Assembly (NCBI GenBank): GCA_020536535.1
Contig: JAHLWZ010000681.1
Span: 1 to 48,695 of the forward strand
Reading direction: 5' to 3'
DNA length: 48,695 nucleotides
DNA from: Pelomyxa schiedti
Taxonomy: Eukaryota > Protista > Evosea
A program made the translations under genes and the position numbers. Positions 36,748-48,695 of this stretch are shown here, one piece after another; positions within the stretch are counted from its first letter, which is position 1, and each line of letters opens with the position of its first letter. The notes beneath the pieces were generated by a model. The model made no database searches. It was not told the DNA's origin and worked only from the letters and a program-made list of their open reading frames with translations.

Positions 36748-39700
36748 ATGGGGGACCAACCGCCAGCGACACAGGGGAGTAGGACGAGCAGCAGTGACGT
36801 GGAGGAGGCGAGGGTGCAGGAAGCTGTGGGGGTGATAAGGAAGAAGTTGGCAGGCGCGAGTTCCCGGTCGTGTGGTTCCAGGGCTGAGGGGTTGGTTCTG
36901 AGAGGTGTTAGTGTGACTGCGTCTGTGGTTTCGTGTTGTGCTGAGGTAGGTGTCCCTACTGAGTAGGTTTTTTTTTTTTCCCCCTTCTTCTTCTGCTGCT
37001 TCTTCGTATTTACCAACAAAGATATGCATTTTGAATGAGTATGTGAATGAAAGAGACTCACCGGTTGAGGCAATGTCGTTTAAAGAGCTTGGCAAAATGA
37101 AGATTTTGCTGATCGTTGAAATAGATTCGAGTTCCCTCTTCCAGTGGAGATGGCCATTTGTGGTTTTACAGCTTCAGTTAATGGGAAAGAAATTACCGCT
37201 CAGGTGCCGCCATTGTCGTTTACATATTAGTATGACCAGGATTGTAGATTAAGGAGAAAGAGACCGCATTTGGGGTTTATGATGACGCGTTGGTGTGCCA
37301 GTCAAACCCTTTGTTGTTTTGTAACAGTTCTTTTCAGGCATCCGGTCACGGCGCCTTTTTGGCCGAGGTTACAAACACTAAAACTACCACCGAGTTTAAA
37401 ATATCCGTTGGAAACCTCCCACCGCACCAGTCTGCGAAATGTGGGATCTTACCCTGTACCACACTCCACTGATTCCTTTTCAGGTAAATTACAGTGCGTT
37501 CTCCAACTAGAAACTTTGAAAGATGAGACATTGTTCTATATTCCCAAATCTGTTTTCCCAGGCACTGTCCCAGTAGAAATTGAAGCTACTTTCTCGTCAC
37601 CACAGGGAATTGTAAATATTAGTTGTCCAACACATCGGCCACTTTTGGTAAGTAACAATGGCTGCTCTGCCCTCGGATCTTTACCTGTTTCACTCAGATA
37701 TCGGACGCAAGCTCGGGCCTAAAGAAATTGCATTGGAGTTCACCAACAGGTAGCAACATTTGATGACTGCTTCTAAATATTTCCAGGAATATTGGGAAAT
37801 GACTTCATATGTGTAGTATTCCATGAGAAGCCACATATACCCACCGCCGTTGTTGAGACTACCCCTGATAAATCATCATGTGCTGCAATGGTAACATTCT
37901 ATCCAGAGTGGTCCAACCTCAATTCCGATTTTCTGGATCCGATGACCGAAATCATTTTCTTACTGGATCGGTGGGTTGGGCTCTAGTGTGACTTGGGTTC
38001 ACTTTCGTAAAGATCTGGCTCAATGAGTGGATGTTCCGGAGGCAGATCAGCAATCTCTCTACTGGCAGAAACTATGCTCATGCTACTGCATAGCCTTCCT
38101 TATGGCTGCCTTTTTAATAGTGGGTCATAAGTATATACGCATCAGTTGACTAGCCTCAGTTATTGGGTTTGGGTCTTCATACGAGCGATTGTTTCAACAG
38201 AGCATTACTTACAATGATGAATCTTTGTCTCAGTCCATTTCACATGTTTCTGGTCTGCGAGCAAACTTGGGGGGGACAGGTTTCATTCATGATATTGAAA
38301 TATGCCTTATAATACACCAGACTTACATAGTCCTTTGTCGTTTATTTTCAATCTCCCCGAAGATATCAACTTCCCTAGACAGGCTCACATTTACTTCCCA
38401 ATTCAATTTCTCACTTTCTTAAAAGATATTCCTTTTAACCGATGGAGATGTGGAGAGGAAAGAACAACTAGGAAGTTTGGTTCGGCATAATTCCAAGTGC
38501 TCTCGAGGTGAGAAGATTATTGTTATATCATCTAACTCTGTGTATTAGTTTTCACATTTGGCATTGGTGGGTCTGTCAACAGGGCACTAATAGAGGAGAT
38601 TGCCTTTGCAGGAAGAGGACATCACGTCATGATACCAGACTTATCTACAATGAAACATAAAGTAAAAAATCTCGAAAGAAGTACATTTCAGATGGACACA
38701 GGTAATGGAACAACTCCAACGGGCTCTGGAGCCCACTTTAAAGAACTTGCATGTAAAGTGGCCTTTCTCTGTTCGTCAAGCACCTTCTAGACTCAGGTAA
38801 CCATGTAAGTAAGCACATTTAACACCTTCCAAAAGGCCAGTCTTCAATGGTGAACGACTGACAGTGTACGGCTTGTTAAATGATTCTGTAGTCTCACGTG
38901 AACCAGTTGATCTTATTCTGGAGTGCATAGATCCAAATGGAAAGGCTGCCAAGTTTACCGTCCCTATCAACTCAGGTTTTCGTTTGTTTTGCGACACCTT
39001 TAATTAAATTCTTTTAGAGGCACGTACGTCTGGCGTTTTACTCCACAGACTAGCAGCAAGAGAATTAATAAGGCACTTACTATTTATTATCTGGGGCGCT
39101 AATTTCTTCCAAGAGAATTGGAAGATGACCCACTGGCAGAAAAACGTCATTCTGTGGAGTTATCACTCAAGTGGAATGTCGTTTGTAACGGGACCGCCTT
39201 TGTGGCAGTAGAGCATAGGTACGTGTAGCACCTTTCATCAATTCACATCGTTTTAGACCTGGCGAGGCTATATCAGAAAGTTTGACTCCATGCCGAGTCA
39301 ATGTGCAGTCCAGTGTTCAGCACTCTTCACCCACAACACCCACACCCGCCAAAATTCCGCCGCCCTCGATTCCGAGTACCCCACAACCCTCACCTCCTTC
39401 AAGTACTACTTCCCGGAGTGCTTTCAGTTGCTTCATGAATTGTGTTTCTAGGGGCACTTCTGACATAGGGAACAGTTATCAGGACGATCCAAATTCCTAT
39501 AGATCACCTATTACGTTAAGTTTACACAATACACTTTTTTCCTATTTTAATGTGCACAGGTGCATACGGCCTTATTCATATTCGGCTGACGGGAAAACTG
39601 TTCTGAGTTTCACAACAAGTTCCCTGGATGGGTCTATAACTTACTGGGGAGCCTCTCCGAGCCCCTTTCCGCCTTCCAATTCCATGCCAAGAATTACTCA

Positions 39701-40627
39701 AGAGCCGAACCCGGGTCCGCCCTCACAGAGCCCTGCCTGCTACACAGGAATTTCCGCGGAAGATGTAAAGACTTTAAAGGATGCACTTCTTGAGAGCACC
39801 CACAAAGAATCCCTACAACATTCAAACGAGCCTCTCTGTACCAATTCAAATGCAGCTTTAATCCCGGACACTGCACCCCCAAATCCTCCACGTCAAGAAC
39901 CCGCAGAGAACCTCATTCAATCAATGTGCAGCTCCCCAGCTTTCCTTGCAGGCCAGTCCATAACACAAACCCCGCTCATAGCTCAGCCCCAAGCATCGGC
40001 TCTCTTCCGAAGCAGAGCCCAAGAGCAGAGCCAAATTCCAACTCCGGCTTCAAAACCAACACCAGCTGTAAATTCAACACTGGCCCCGCCAAGTATTACA
40101 CAACCCAACACACCTGCAGTACCACAAACTCTTGACCAGGTATTAGCCCCGCTTCCCATTCCTCATTTTCTCACTAATGGCACATTCACTAGTTGATGCA
40201 CCACACAGCAATGAACCAGCGCGCCAATGGCTCATGGGATATTGCCACCGCCCTTCTGGTGCTCTCCTGGGGCAAGTCAAGCACTAAAACTGTAAAAGCA
40301 CCGATAACAGCAACAGCAAACGACTTCATCACCCCTGCAATGCCTGGATTTGTTGCAGATATGGTCAAGAATCTTGCTAACACAAACCGGCCTGGTGAAA
40401 GTGCTCCAGGTGTAAAGAACATAGGTGCAGCGTGGATTACAGCAGTGGTTGTGGCCTGGATCACAACGTGCCCAGGGGATTTGTCATGGAAAGACCTGAT
40501 GAAGCTGATCCTGCAGAAATCCAGGAGGTTCGTTGCCAAGATTCTAACAGAGTGTGGGGCAACAGACCAACAGGTTATGCTGTTCCACACTCATGCCTGT
40601 GAGTTTGTATCCAATCTGGACACTTGA
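36748..40627 (+). CDS. VIT + vWA domain protein (vWA5A/ITIH-like)
   Basis: VIT: EAIFEFPLP..AICGFTASVNGK..YDDALASGHGAFL, VGNLPP. MIDAS: LLDRSGSM, FNIIGFGS, ANLGGT, FGIG. C-terminal WDIATALLV. The stop could alternatively be near 40703. Confidence 0.88.
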
Positions 40628-40922
40628 AAAAGTAACAAATTGTTTTTTTGTTTTTTAACCTGTTTTTACGAAGCAGATAGAGCTCAGTTTCCCGACTATT
40701 TGATCGAGTGGAGAACAATCACGCCTCTGTAAATTGGTGAGCTAATTCTCACAGGTACCATTCAGCGCTCAAAGAGAAAATTTCGTTTCCATTCTGTGAA
40801 TTGGAACAACTTGGCATCCTAGCCGGGTGGTGTCACAGTTCGATAGAGACAGTTCGAATGGATGATGGAGATCTTTTGTTGCAGACTTTCATAATAAACC
40901 GTTAACGGGCAGATCTACGTCA

Positions 40923-42996
40923 ATGGCTACTGTGGTGGGTGGTGACAGTCGGTGGCAGGTGACCGTCGGGATCCCTTTGCTGAGCGACGGCGACGGGATC
41001 GTCGAATCCGTGGTGAGTTTGCGTGTCACACGGCCGAGTGACGGGAACAATTTCACCAGCACGTCCAACTTTAAAATGTTCGTTTTGGCTCGTCGTCTTG
41101 TTGTAGAGTTTGGCCTACTGGCTTACGTGCATCCAAGCGGCTACTTGCTTATCCTGTTGACAGTGCGTCCCCTGCTTTTAATCGGCGAAAAAATGCTGTA
41201 CTATTCTTTTAGCTAAGCTCAGCACAGAAATCTCAAAAACTGAAGATTGACCAACACAAAGATCTATTCACAGGTCTCCACATTGAACTTGTGAGTGCGA
41301 TACTATTTTACAGCCCAAATTACAAATGTTTACAGAGTGACACATCAGGAGACGAAAGCTCTGTGAAGCAGTTAATTGAGAAATGTTTACTCTTTGTGAT
41401 TCCCACTCTTCTATCTCATCACTCTGCCTGGATAAGAGTCTTTCCCTCATTCTCCCCGACTTGCTTATCATCTTTTAAGGCAGGTGACGCGTTTTATCCC
41501 TCCAGTGATATCTTTGCCACAGCTTCGAGTTATAAGAAACTGTCTGGATTCTCCATTGTTTGTTAGCATTTCATTTTCCCTGAATAAGTTACTAATATCT
41601 TTTCCTAGGTGGGCCTTTCGGTGGGAGAACTCCATCCCCTACAGTGCACACTTTGCTTTTCTTCGACGTGTAACCTCGCTGTTCCCTTGGTGGTACTGCT
41701 ACCCTCTCCCATGAGCGATTTGCCATTCTCATCTGAGCAGAGTGGAATGGAAAATGAGCCCGTGAAGACGCTCCCAAATTTGACAAGAATGGTTCTCGTG
41801 TCGCACAGCACAACATTCGAGAGTTGCAACACATCGTTTGTGGACACGGAAAAGGATTTAATTGACTACTGGTGGGGAAAAGTATGTTAGCTAATTTTAA
41901 CACATACTTTTTGACACATAAAAAAAAAGTATGCTTATCGCCTACCTTCCGATAGTCATGACTACTGGAGTACCAGGATGGACTATGACCGTCGCTACTT
42001 AACGTTTCTACGACATATATCTTCAGTGGAAATTTAATGTGTTTAGGTATCCTACTTGCTGCGTTTTCTCCACCATCGATAAGTTAGAGTACTCTCGATC
42101 ACGTTTCTCATCTCACGATATAACTACGGTATGTGCTTTATTTCAACACTTTTTACTTACTTATTGTTTAGTTGTTAGCAAACCTTAAATGTGGGGTTTC
42201 AGCACTATTTGATTTTGGCTGCTCAAGTCCATTGTCCTCCCAAAGCCACCGACTTCGGGAAAAAGAACCTATCTCCTGCCACATCCTGTCTCCAATTTCC
42301 AGCAACGGAGAGCAATAACAAAAAAGAATCGGCACTGCCAGCTGCCACTACACCATCTTCCCCTCTAATAAAACAACTTTCTCTTCCGTGGCTCGGAACC
42401 GGTTCAAAACAACACCCACAACCACGTCCAGCCCCACCCAAACCCCCCACTCCAGTTACTACTGAGCTTTCTGCAACTGTGAATAAGTGCGTTGTAATTT
42501 CCTCCAGTGCGGCACTCCCTTCCCGTACACCACCCGCAAAACCCACTGAAGACACTGGCTCGACTCATAAAAGTGCCCCAGAGAAATGCAACACAAATAC
42601 CAATTGTAGCCAGAGCGGTAAAAGTGCGCCAGAGACATCTGAACCACGGCCGCCTTGGCACCCGGCACTCGCCCCAGGTGCAGCCGTATCAGTTCTAAAA
42701 GGTCAGTGTTTCTTCCATTTGTAAAACTGGTACTAACTCTCAAAAGATTTCCTGAGGCAATACGGGTCAGTTCCCTCACCTCCATTGTGAATATGTTTTC
42801 TCACCCGCTCACTTAACGCATGTACAGACTGAAACTGAGCGGGAGAAAGGAAGAGTTACAAGCCCGAGTCATGGCACACTATACCCAATTGTGTACCACC
42901 ACAGCCACACGTTGTACTCCGGCAAAACGACCACCACCAAACCCAACAAAGCCCAAAACACCAACCAAAAGGGGCAGAGCCACAAGGGAGGAGTGA
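40923..42996 (+). CDS. DUF4708 (C18orf63-like) domain + P/T-rich linker + C-terminal SAP domain
   Basis: Spliced LIEKCLLF..SAWIRAG, KTLPNL and DYWWGK|YAYRLP..YLT|YPTCCVFS match recalled C18orf63 motifs; VSVLKDFLRQYGLKLSGRKEELQARV is a SAP consensus. Confidence 0.72.
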
Positions 42997-43253
42997 AGAA
43001 AAAGGAATTGTAAATTTGTTTTCATAAAAGCCTGTGAGGAAGCAAACAGCTGGTGTGGCTTCTTGGTAAATCATGTTTCTTATGGAAAGAAGAGGAGGTT
43101 TCCTCCACCGTCGTTGTTTCTACTACTCTGTGCGGAGCCATTAGCTGAAATTGGAATCAGATGGCTGATTAAAATAATCAACAGACCGGAACGCTGTAAT
43201 TTTCGTTGTCATCGCTCAGGATCGGCGGTCTGGTGTTTTTTTTATTCAGCCAG

Positions 43254-46200
43254 ATGATGAAGCTCGGTGCTGCTGTGGGGGTGCGTGTCTTTGTTGTAGG
43301 TATATTGCTCAATCAATTGAAAAAATTGCAGGCAGCACGTCGCCGAGGAGTGCTGGAGATGTGCGCCACCGGCTTCTTTGTTGCGATTATGGGATGGTCT
43401 GTTGTGGTGTCGTTCACAACGGGGATGTGGTTTCCTGCGTCTTCGTTCCACTCTGAGCCCTTCCAAAGATGCCCACAGAATGACTCCAAGTGCAACGTGA
43501 GTGTATTCCAATGGGCTTTTTCTACTGAATTTTGCAACTCATGCTTTGTGTAGGGGTTTTATGGTTTTGAGCGAGTCCTAATACTTTTTCTTGATGGATT
43601 CTCTTATAACGATGCCAATAAATACATACTTCCTGCACTGGAACTCTCACGAAGTCATGTTTTTCACGGTTTTATATGCTTTGTATACACATTCGTTTGA
43701 CACCTGCACAGTGCCAAATACACCACAAGAAACCTACGCTATACTTACAACCTATTTCTCTGGCCTCCCTGACACAAACGTACTTGGGCAACAAGTAAAC
43801 ACTGACAATTTCTTCTTTCAGATGAACCAATGTGGCTATAACGTACTTTGCCTCTAGATATTTTCAATGTGTTACTTATCAAATAGCTATTAGTTTCACT
43901 TCATGAGGCAAGGAGGCTTTTTGGGCAATATATTCACACTGACCCTCCTCCTAAAATGTTTGGGTCTCTGGGTCAGCCAGTCCAAAATGTATTTATATTG
44001 AAATGTTTCGTGCTGCTCAGTATTTGCAGTTATCAGAAATACTTGACGTAGTTAAGAGCAAGTCCCAAAGTCTGTTTACTGGGTCAACACTGTTGGATTG
44101 GGCTTCTCATCGATGGGAAAATGGCAAAGCTGACCATACTGGAGATGTGTTGAAAAATACCCTCAAAGTGCGTTCGGAAACATAGAAATTTAACAACCTC
44201 TCATAACATTGTTGTAGTACATGAGAGTGGTAAAAAGTTGGATTGATGATAATCCAGAGTACCTTCTTGTCATATTTAGTGATCATGGCCGCAACACCGG
44301 AAAATCACTGTCTCACAGCCACGGACCAGTTGCTGATGGAAATGAGCCTATTCTTGTTCTCTACTCCCCAATTCTCCAGCCTCAACGCGGGGGTAATTCA
44401 TCCAGTTGGATAACTCCAGGTAAGAGTGCTTCTCCTTTATACCAATAACCGAAAAAGAGGATGTCTCTCCCATTATCACTTGGTATTTCAAGTGTATTGG
44501 AATACCGGCATTATCTTGTGGCAGGTCGCATAGAAAAGGAAACTTATTAGTAATACTTGTTTTAGACTTTCCCCTGCTGCACTTCCGGAAAGTGAACAAG
44601 TTCAATTTATCGAGTAGGTTTAATTTTTCATAAAATAATCGTGACGGAAAGAGTAGACTTTCAGCAAATACTGAGCAGCTTCTCCGCCATTTGGAACGGA
44701 AGTCATCAATTTCCGCTATGCCTTATAGAACTGAGTTTTCAGAAATTAAAGCTCGAAGTCAAAACAACCACACAATAAGAGACCTTATAAATCTTTCTTC
44801 AGCCATCAGTGGTAAGACTTGTTACACACAAACAATGTTCTAAGTAAGTAGGTAAGCTGTTGCAAAGTACTTTCAGTTTTTGGTCAGTTTGCCTCAACTT
44901 GACTCTTGCCCTTCTTTCTCTATATAAAATCGTACAACATGACTTTGGGTCTATAGCTGGTAAACCTTGCCGTTCTGCCTTCTTTAACTTCAATCACAGG
45001 CTTCCTTCATAGTCTCAGCTCTCAATCAGCCCCAATTATGTCATTCTTGATATTTACATTCTTTTTCCCTTTTCTCCTATGTGGATTCAACTCTGCATTT
45101 GCCTTGCAACATCAGGCTGCTATTATTTATAGTGCAACCTTTTTCCTTCTCTTGATTCTTTTTCTGTCGAAGTTGCACGACAGTAATGGATTCTATGACA
45201 ACAAGGTACTTTATTCATCAAACCAAACCAACAAATAAATCTCAGGAAGGGCTATTTAAAGAAGGCACCAGAGTTGTTTTACTGGCTTTTTTCTTGCTTT
45301 CTGCCTCTATTTTCCACTTGGGACTTCCTCTCGTTTTAGATCTTTTAAATCTATGGTGGAAACGAGATTTCGCGATGACCAACCCTCCTCCGACTTTCTT
45401 TCTCATCTTTATGTTTGTCTGAGACTATCGGAGTTTTCCTTATTATCTTCCAGATATCTCTTTTACTTGTATAAGCAAGGCGGACCCAAAAAAACTATGG
45501 CATTTGCTTGTGCACCTCCAGTTATTGTTCTTGCATTAAGAGAGATTGTATACTTTTCTTCGTCACCTCCTTCTGGCAATAGCATTTATTTCTTTGCTTC
45601 ATACATTTGGTTGCTTTTTCTTCTCCCAGTGGCAATGGTATGAAAACTGATATTCACAAAATCTGTGGAATGAATTTTTTTTTTTCTGAAGGTTTTTGTC
45701 AAAGACCCTAACTCAATGCACATATGGCACCTGCCGTTGTGCTGTTCCATGTTTATGATGTATAATGGAATAGAACGAACTTCTCTTCTCTGCTTACAGC
45801 TTCCAATTTTTTACCTTGCTTCATCTACCCTTTCCAGACAGTCACATGGTATATGTTTTGATTTAGTTTAGTCTAATCGTACACAAGATACCAGCAGAGT
45901 CTTAGTCAAGCCACTCAGTCTTAAATTTTCCAGGCTGACTGTATTCAGTTTCTTGGGTCCGCATTTCTTCATATGAAAGGAGCTAATTTTCCTCTAGTTT
46001 GCTCTGCATATATGTTTCACATGCTGATGGGACACGGATTTGATATGATGGCCATACCTGTCTCAATAACAGGATTTGAACTCCTGGAAGATATAAATCC
46101 CAATTTGGTGGGATTATTACTATGCCTCCGCGAGTGGGGAACATTTATACTTGTCACAGCATTCATCACAACAATTCCACAGAGAACCTCATTACCGTCT

Positions 46201-46475
46201 GAATACACAAGCAATCTTCTTCAGGTTTTAAAAACCCACATCATGCTACTTTTCTATTTCTGATTGAAAAAAAAAAGGTGTGGAGACAAGTAACAGCCTT
46301 TGTGCTGATAGCGTACGTGTGGCACGAGATTGGGCAAGCCCTCAGCCCACGACTTGCAGACTTCATTCAGATCTTTGTAGTTATAGCCTTCTCTGTTGTC
46401 ATACTGGTGGCGCTGTTATTGTACAGCACTCCATCTCCGCTTGCGCGCCCAAAACACCCTCTACTCTCGGAGTAA
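43254..46475 (+). CDS. Alkaline-phosphatase-superfamily multi-pass membrane protein, GPI ethanolamine-phosphate transferase (PIG-O/G)-like
   Basis: N-terminal TM; lumenal DNFFFQM, ADHTG, LLVIFSDHG and SHSHG; followed by many hydrophobic exons. Start and some junctions uncertain. Confidence 0.6.
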
Positions 46476-46607
46476 ACACTGGTTGTCTTGTTTTGACACA
46501 TCATAATTAGAGTCAAACACGTTTTCCAAGAACTTGTTAATTTATTTTGCCAAACAAAAGCTGATTTTTCGCTTTTCTCTAAAAACAAGAGTTTAATCGC
46601 AAGGGAA

Positions 46608-47787
46608 ATGGCAACCACCGAAGAGGCGACACCGGCTGTTGTTGATACGACAACACAAACTACCCCAACTGCGACAGCGACGGCAACAACGACGCCGGCG
46701 GTTACCAAACCGCTCAAGGTTGTTGCATTCAACAGCAGCCCTCATCCTGTCAAGGGCAACACGGCGGCGATGATTGCGTGGATCTTCGAGGTTGTTTCTT
46801 TGTGCCTTTTTTTTTTTTTTTTGTAAATCTGAAATACGTTGTGAAGGAGCTGCAGAAACAAGGGGTCGAATGCGAGGTTATGAATATCGGTAATAGGCTT
46901 ACTGTTGGGTGCGGAGGATGCGGAGGGTGCTCCGGCAAAAATGTACGCTCATACTTTGTGGCTTGGGAAATTCATGTGATGCCACTATAGGCTTGTGTCA
47001 AGAAGCAAGATGGGGGCTGGATTAACGAGGCCTACCAAAAAATGCTCGAAGCTGATGCAATCATTCTTGCAAGTCCCACCCACTTTGCGGATGTCAACTG
47101 CGAAATGAAGTCTCTTATTGACAGGTGCGGAATGATCGCACTATGCAACGGTCGCACATTGAGGTTCAAGGTTCTTCCTCTATTCGATTCTTTACTGGTC
47201 ACTAAGCAATCCTCTNNNNNNNNNNNNNNNNNNNNNNNNNNNNNNNNNNNNNNNNNNNNNNNNNNNNNNNNNNNNNNNNNNNNNNNNNNNNNNNNNNNNN
47301 NNNNNNNNNNNNNNNCAACTGCGAAATGAAGTCTCTTATTGACAGGTGCGGAATGATCGCACTATGCAACGGTCGCACATTGAGGTTCAAGGTTCTTCCT
47401 CTATTCGATTCTTTACTGGTCACTAAGCAATCCTCTTGTAGATAGGGGCAGCTATTTCCGCCGTCCGCCGGGCTGGTTCTGTGTGTGCTTTTGATTCTAT
47501 GAATCACTGGTTCTTTATAAATGGTATGCACAATGCTTCAGTCCACCGCAAGTAACACATTGACAGGCATGATCGCTGTTGGCTCAACATATTGGAATTT
47601 GGGGATTGGTATGGGGCCTGGTGAGGTAGCCAGTGATACTGAAGCCCAAGTGAACATGCGTGACCTTGGAAAGAACATTGCTTATGTTCTCAATTGCATG
47701 AGGGCCTATGGTTCCGCAGTCGCCCGAGGCACCAGTCTATATCCCTGGCAGACATTAGCTACCTCGCCATCCATGTATCTGTTTTGA
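46608..47787 (+). CDS. isf: Iron-sulfur flavoprotein (Isf; flavodoxin-like NADPH-dependent FMN reductase family)
   Basis: AFNSSPH..GNT; Cx2Cx2Cx5C ([11 protein letters not shown]|AC); [22 protein letters not shown]; VRRAG; GSTYWN. Interrupted by an N gap. Confidence 0.92.
47216..47315. other. 100-N scaffold gap flanked by an identical 121-nt duplicate (47095-47215 = 47316-47436)
   Basis: Read directly from the sequence. Confidence 0.95.
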
Positions 47788-47944
47788 GATTGAAACAGAC
47801 TTTTCTTCTATTTGCACTTTCGAAGTGCTTCTTTCTCTCCAACAATGTGCATCTTATTGTATCACACGAAAAGCCAAAAAAAAGTGAATTGAGGAAAAAG
47901 GAGAATTTCTTTTATTTGTTCCAAATTGGTTTGGTCTTTCTGGG

Positions 47945-48632
47945 ATGGAAACGGCTCGTGAAGGGGCTTTGGCACTTGCTCTTTTCAGCCCAGCACCCTG
48001 TGAGGAAGCACCACCAACGCAGAGGCAACTCAATACCACACCAACCACACGGAGACCCAGCCAGTGTCTCCCAGCCGCGGGGTGTCACCGGCGAGGTGGG
48101 CCACGAATGCCGCCTCTGCCTCGTCTCGAACGGAGCACGCTCCGCACGCGGCCGCCACCAGGCGACGAGGTGGGATGCTGACAGCAGAAACGCACGCCGG
48201 ACCGCTCGTCTGGCCGCCACTCCACGAGCAGAGCCCCACTCCCAACGGAGCGCGCCACGCCCCCGCCGTCGTTGTCAAGTGTGGTGGTCCGTCCCGTCTC
48301 CCCCCCATGGATGCAAACGCACGATCGCAGGGATCCCTCGCTCTGCGCCGCTGCCCCGCCCCGCTGCTGCTTGTCACCCGCTGCCCCTGGAGCACGTCAT
48401 GGGGCTCTACCTCCGCACTGGCTCAGCAGCGCTCCCCTCGTGGCCCCCCGCCCCCTGTGGGGGGGGGGGGCAACTCCAGAGGCTTGTGAGGGAACTCCCC
48501 ACACAAGCACAACCACCCCGGAGGGTGATTGCGTCTGTGGGCACAAGCATGGAGCCGGAGGTTGCTGGCAAGTGGAGGAGTGGGCCCCTGCTGTTGGGGG
48601 GGGGTAGGGTATTGACGTGCTCTGGAGGGTGA
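47945..48632 (+). other. GC-rich region with overlapping open frames, possibly the start of an unidentified gene
   Basis: Sharp GC rise like other 5' exons in this window; no recognisable domain. Confidence 0.25.
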
Positions 48633-48695
48633 CATGGTCACAGGCACTAGAAACAAACAACAATTGTGTTGTTGATTAGTCTTGGTAATGAAAAG

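Noticed and set aside
41958-42050. Apparent in-frame TAA and frame switch in the DUF4708 gene, suggesting recoding
   Set aside because: Resolved by a GT-AG intron at 42004-42046, giving YLT|YPTCC.
47095-47436. Exact 121-nt direct repeat of Isf coding and intron sequence around the N run
   Set aside because: Identical copies flank exactly 100 Ns; this is typical of an unmerged contig overlap, not an exon duplication.
1-48695. Prokaryotic operon, CRISPR, tRNA/rRNA or transposon interpretation
   Set aside because: Pervasive spliceosomal introns and eukaryote-specific genes; no spaced repeat arrays, tRNA T-loop/cloverleaf, or transposase/RT motifs were seen by eye. tRNAscan and RepeatMasker were not run.

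Overview
A compact, intron-rich eukaryotic (protist) genomic window, not prokaryotic. About 19 protein-coding genes were reconstructed by manual splicing across many short (mostly 35-70 nt) introns, so most ORFs in the supplied track are fragments or antisense shadows. Genes, in order: formate/nitrite transporter; membrane-anchored dual-specificity phosphatase; putative CudA-like DNA-binding protein; DUF1349; Tctex1d2 dynein light chain (absent from the ORF track); RasGAP-PH-LRR (CARMIL-like) protein; CYRI/FAM49; EGF-like membrane protein; Lys/Ala/Asp-rich repeat protein; pseudo-RhoGAP-SH3-Pro-rich-Ras fusion; ABCB half-transporter with a Cys/His finger; Arf GTPase; molybdenum cofactor sulfurase; BRWD/PHIP-like WD40 protein; MBOAT acyltransferase; VIT-vWA protein; DUF4708-SAP protein; PIG-O/G-like transferase; iron-sulfur flavoprotein. 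The combination of anaerobe-type genes (FNT, Isf), amoebozoan-type actin regulators and an IFT-dynein light chain suggests a flagellated anaerobic amoeba such as an archamoeba (inference only). Most notable: (1) a textbook AT-AC minor-spliceosome (U12) intron inside the FNT gene; (2) a single gene fusing an arginine-finger-less RhoGAP, an SH3 and a proline-rich linker to an intact CAAX-bearing Ras GTPase. No tRNA, rRNA, CRISPR or mobile element was recognised. All family assignments come from recalled motifs; no database searches were run.
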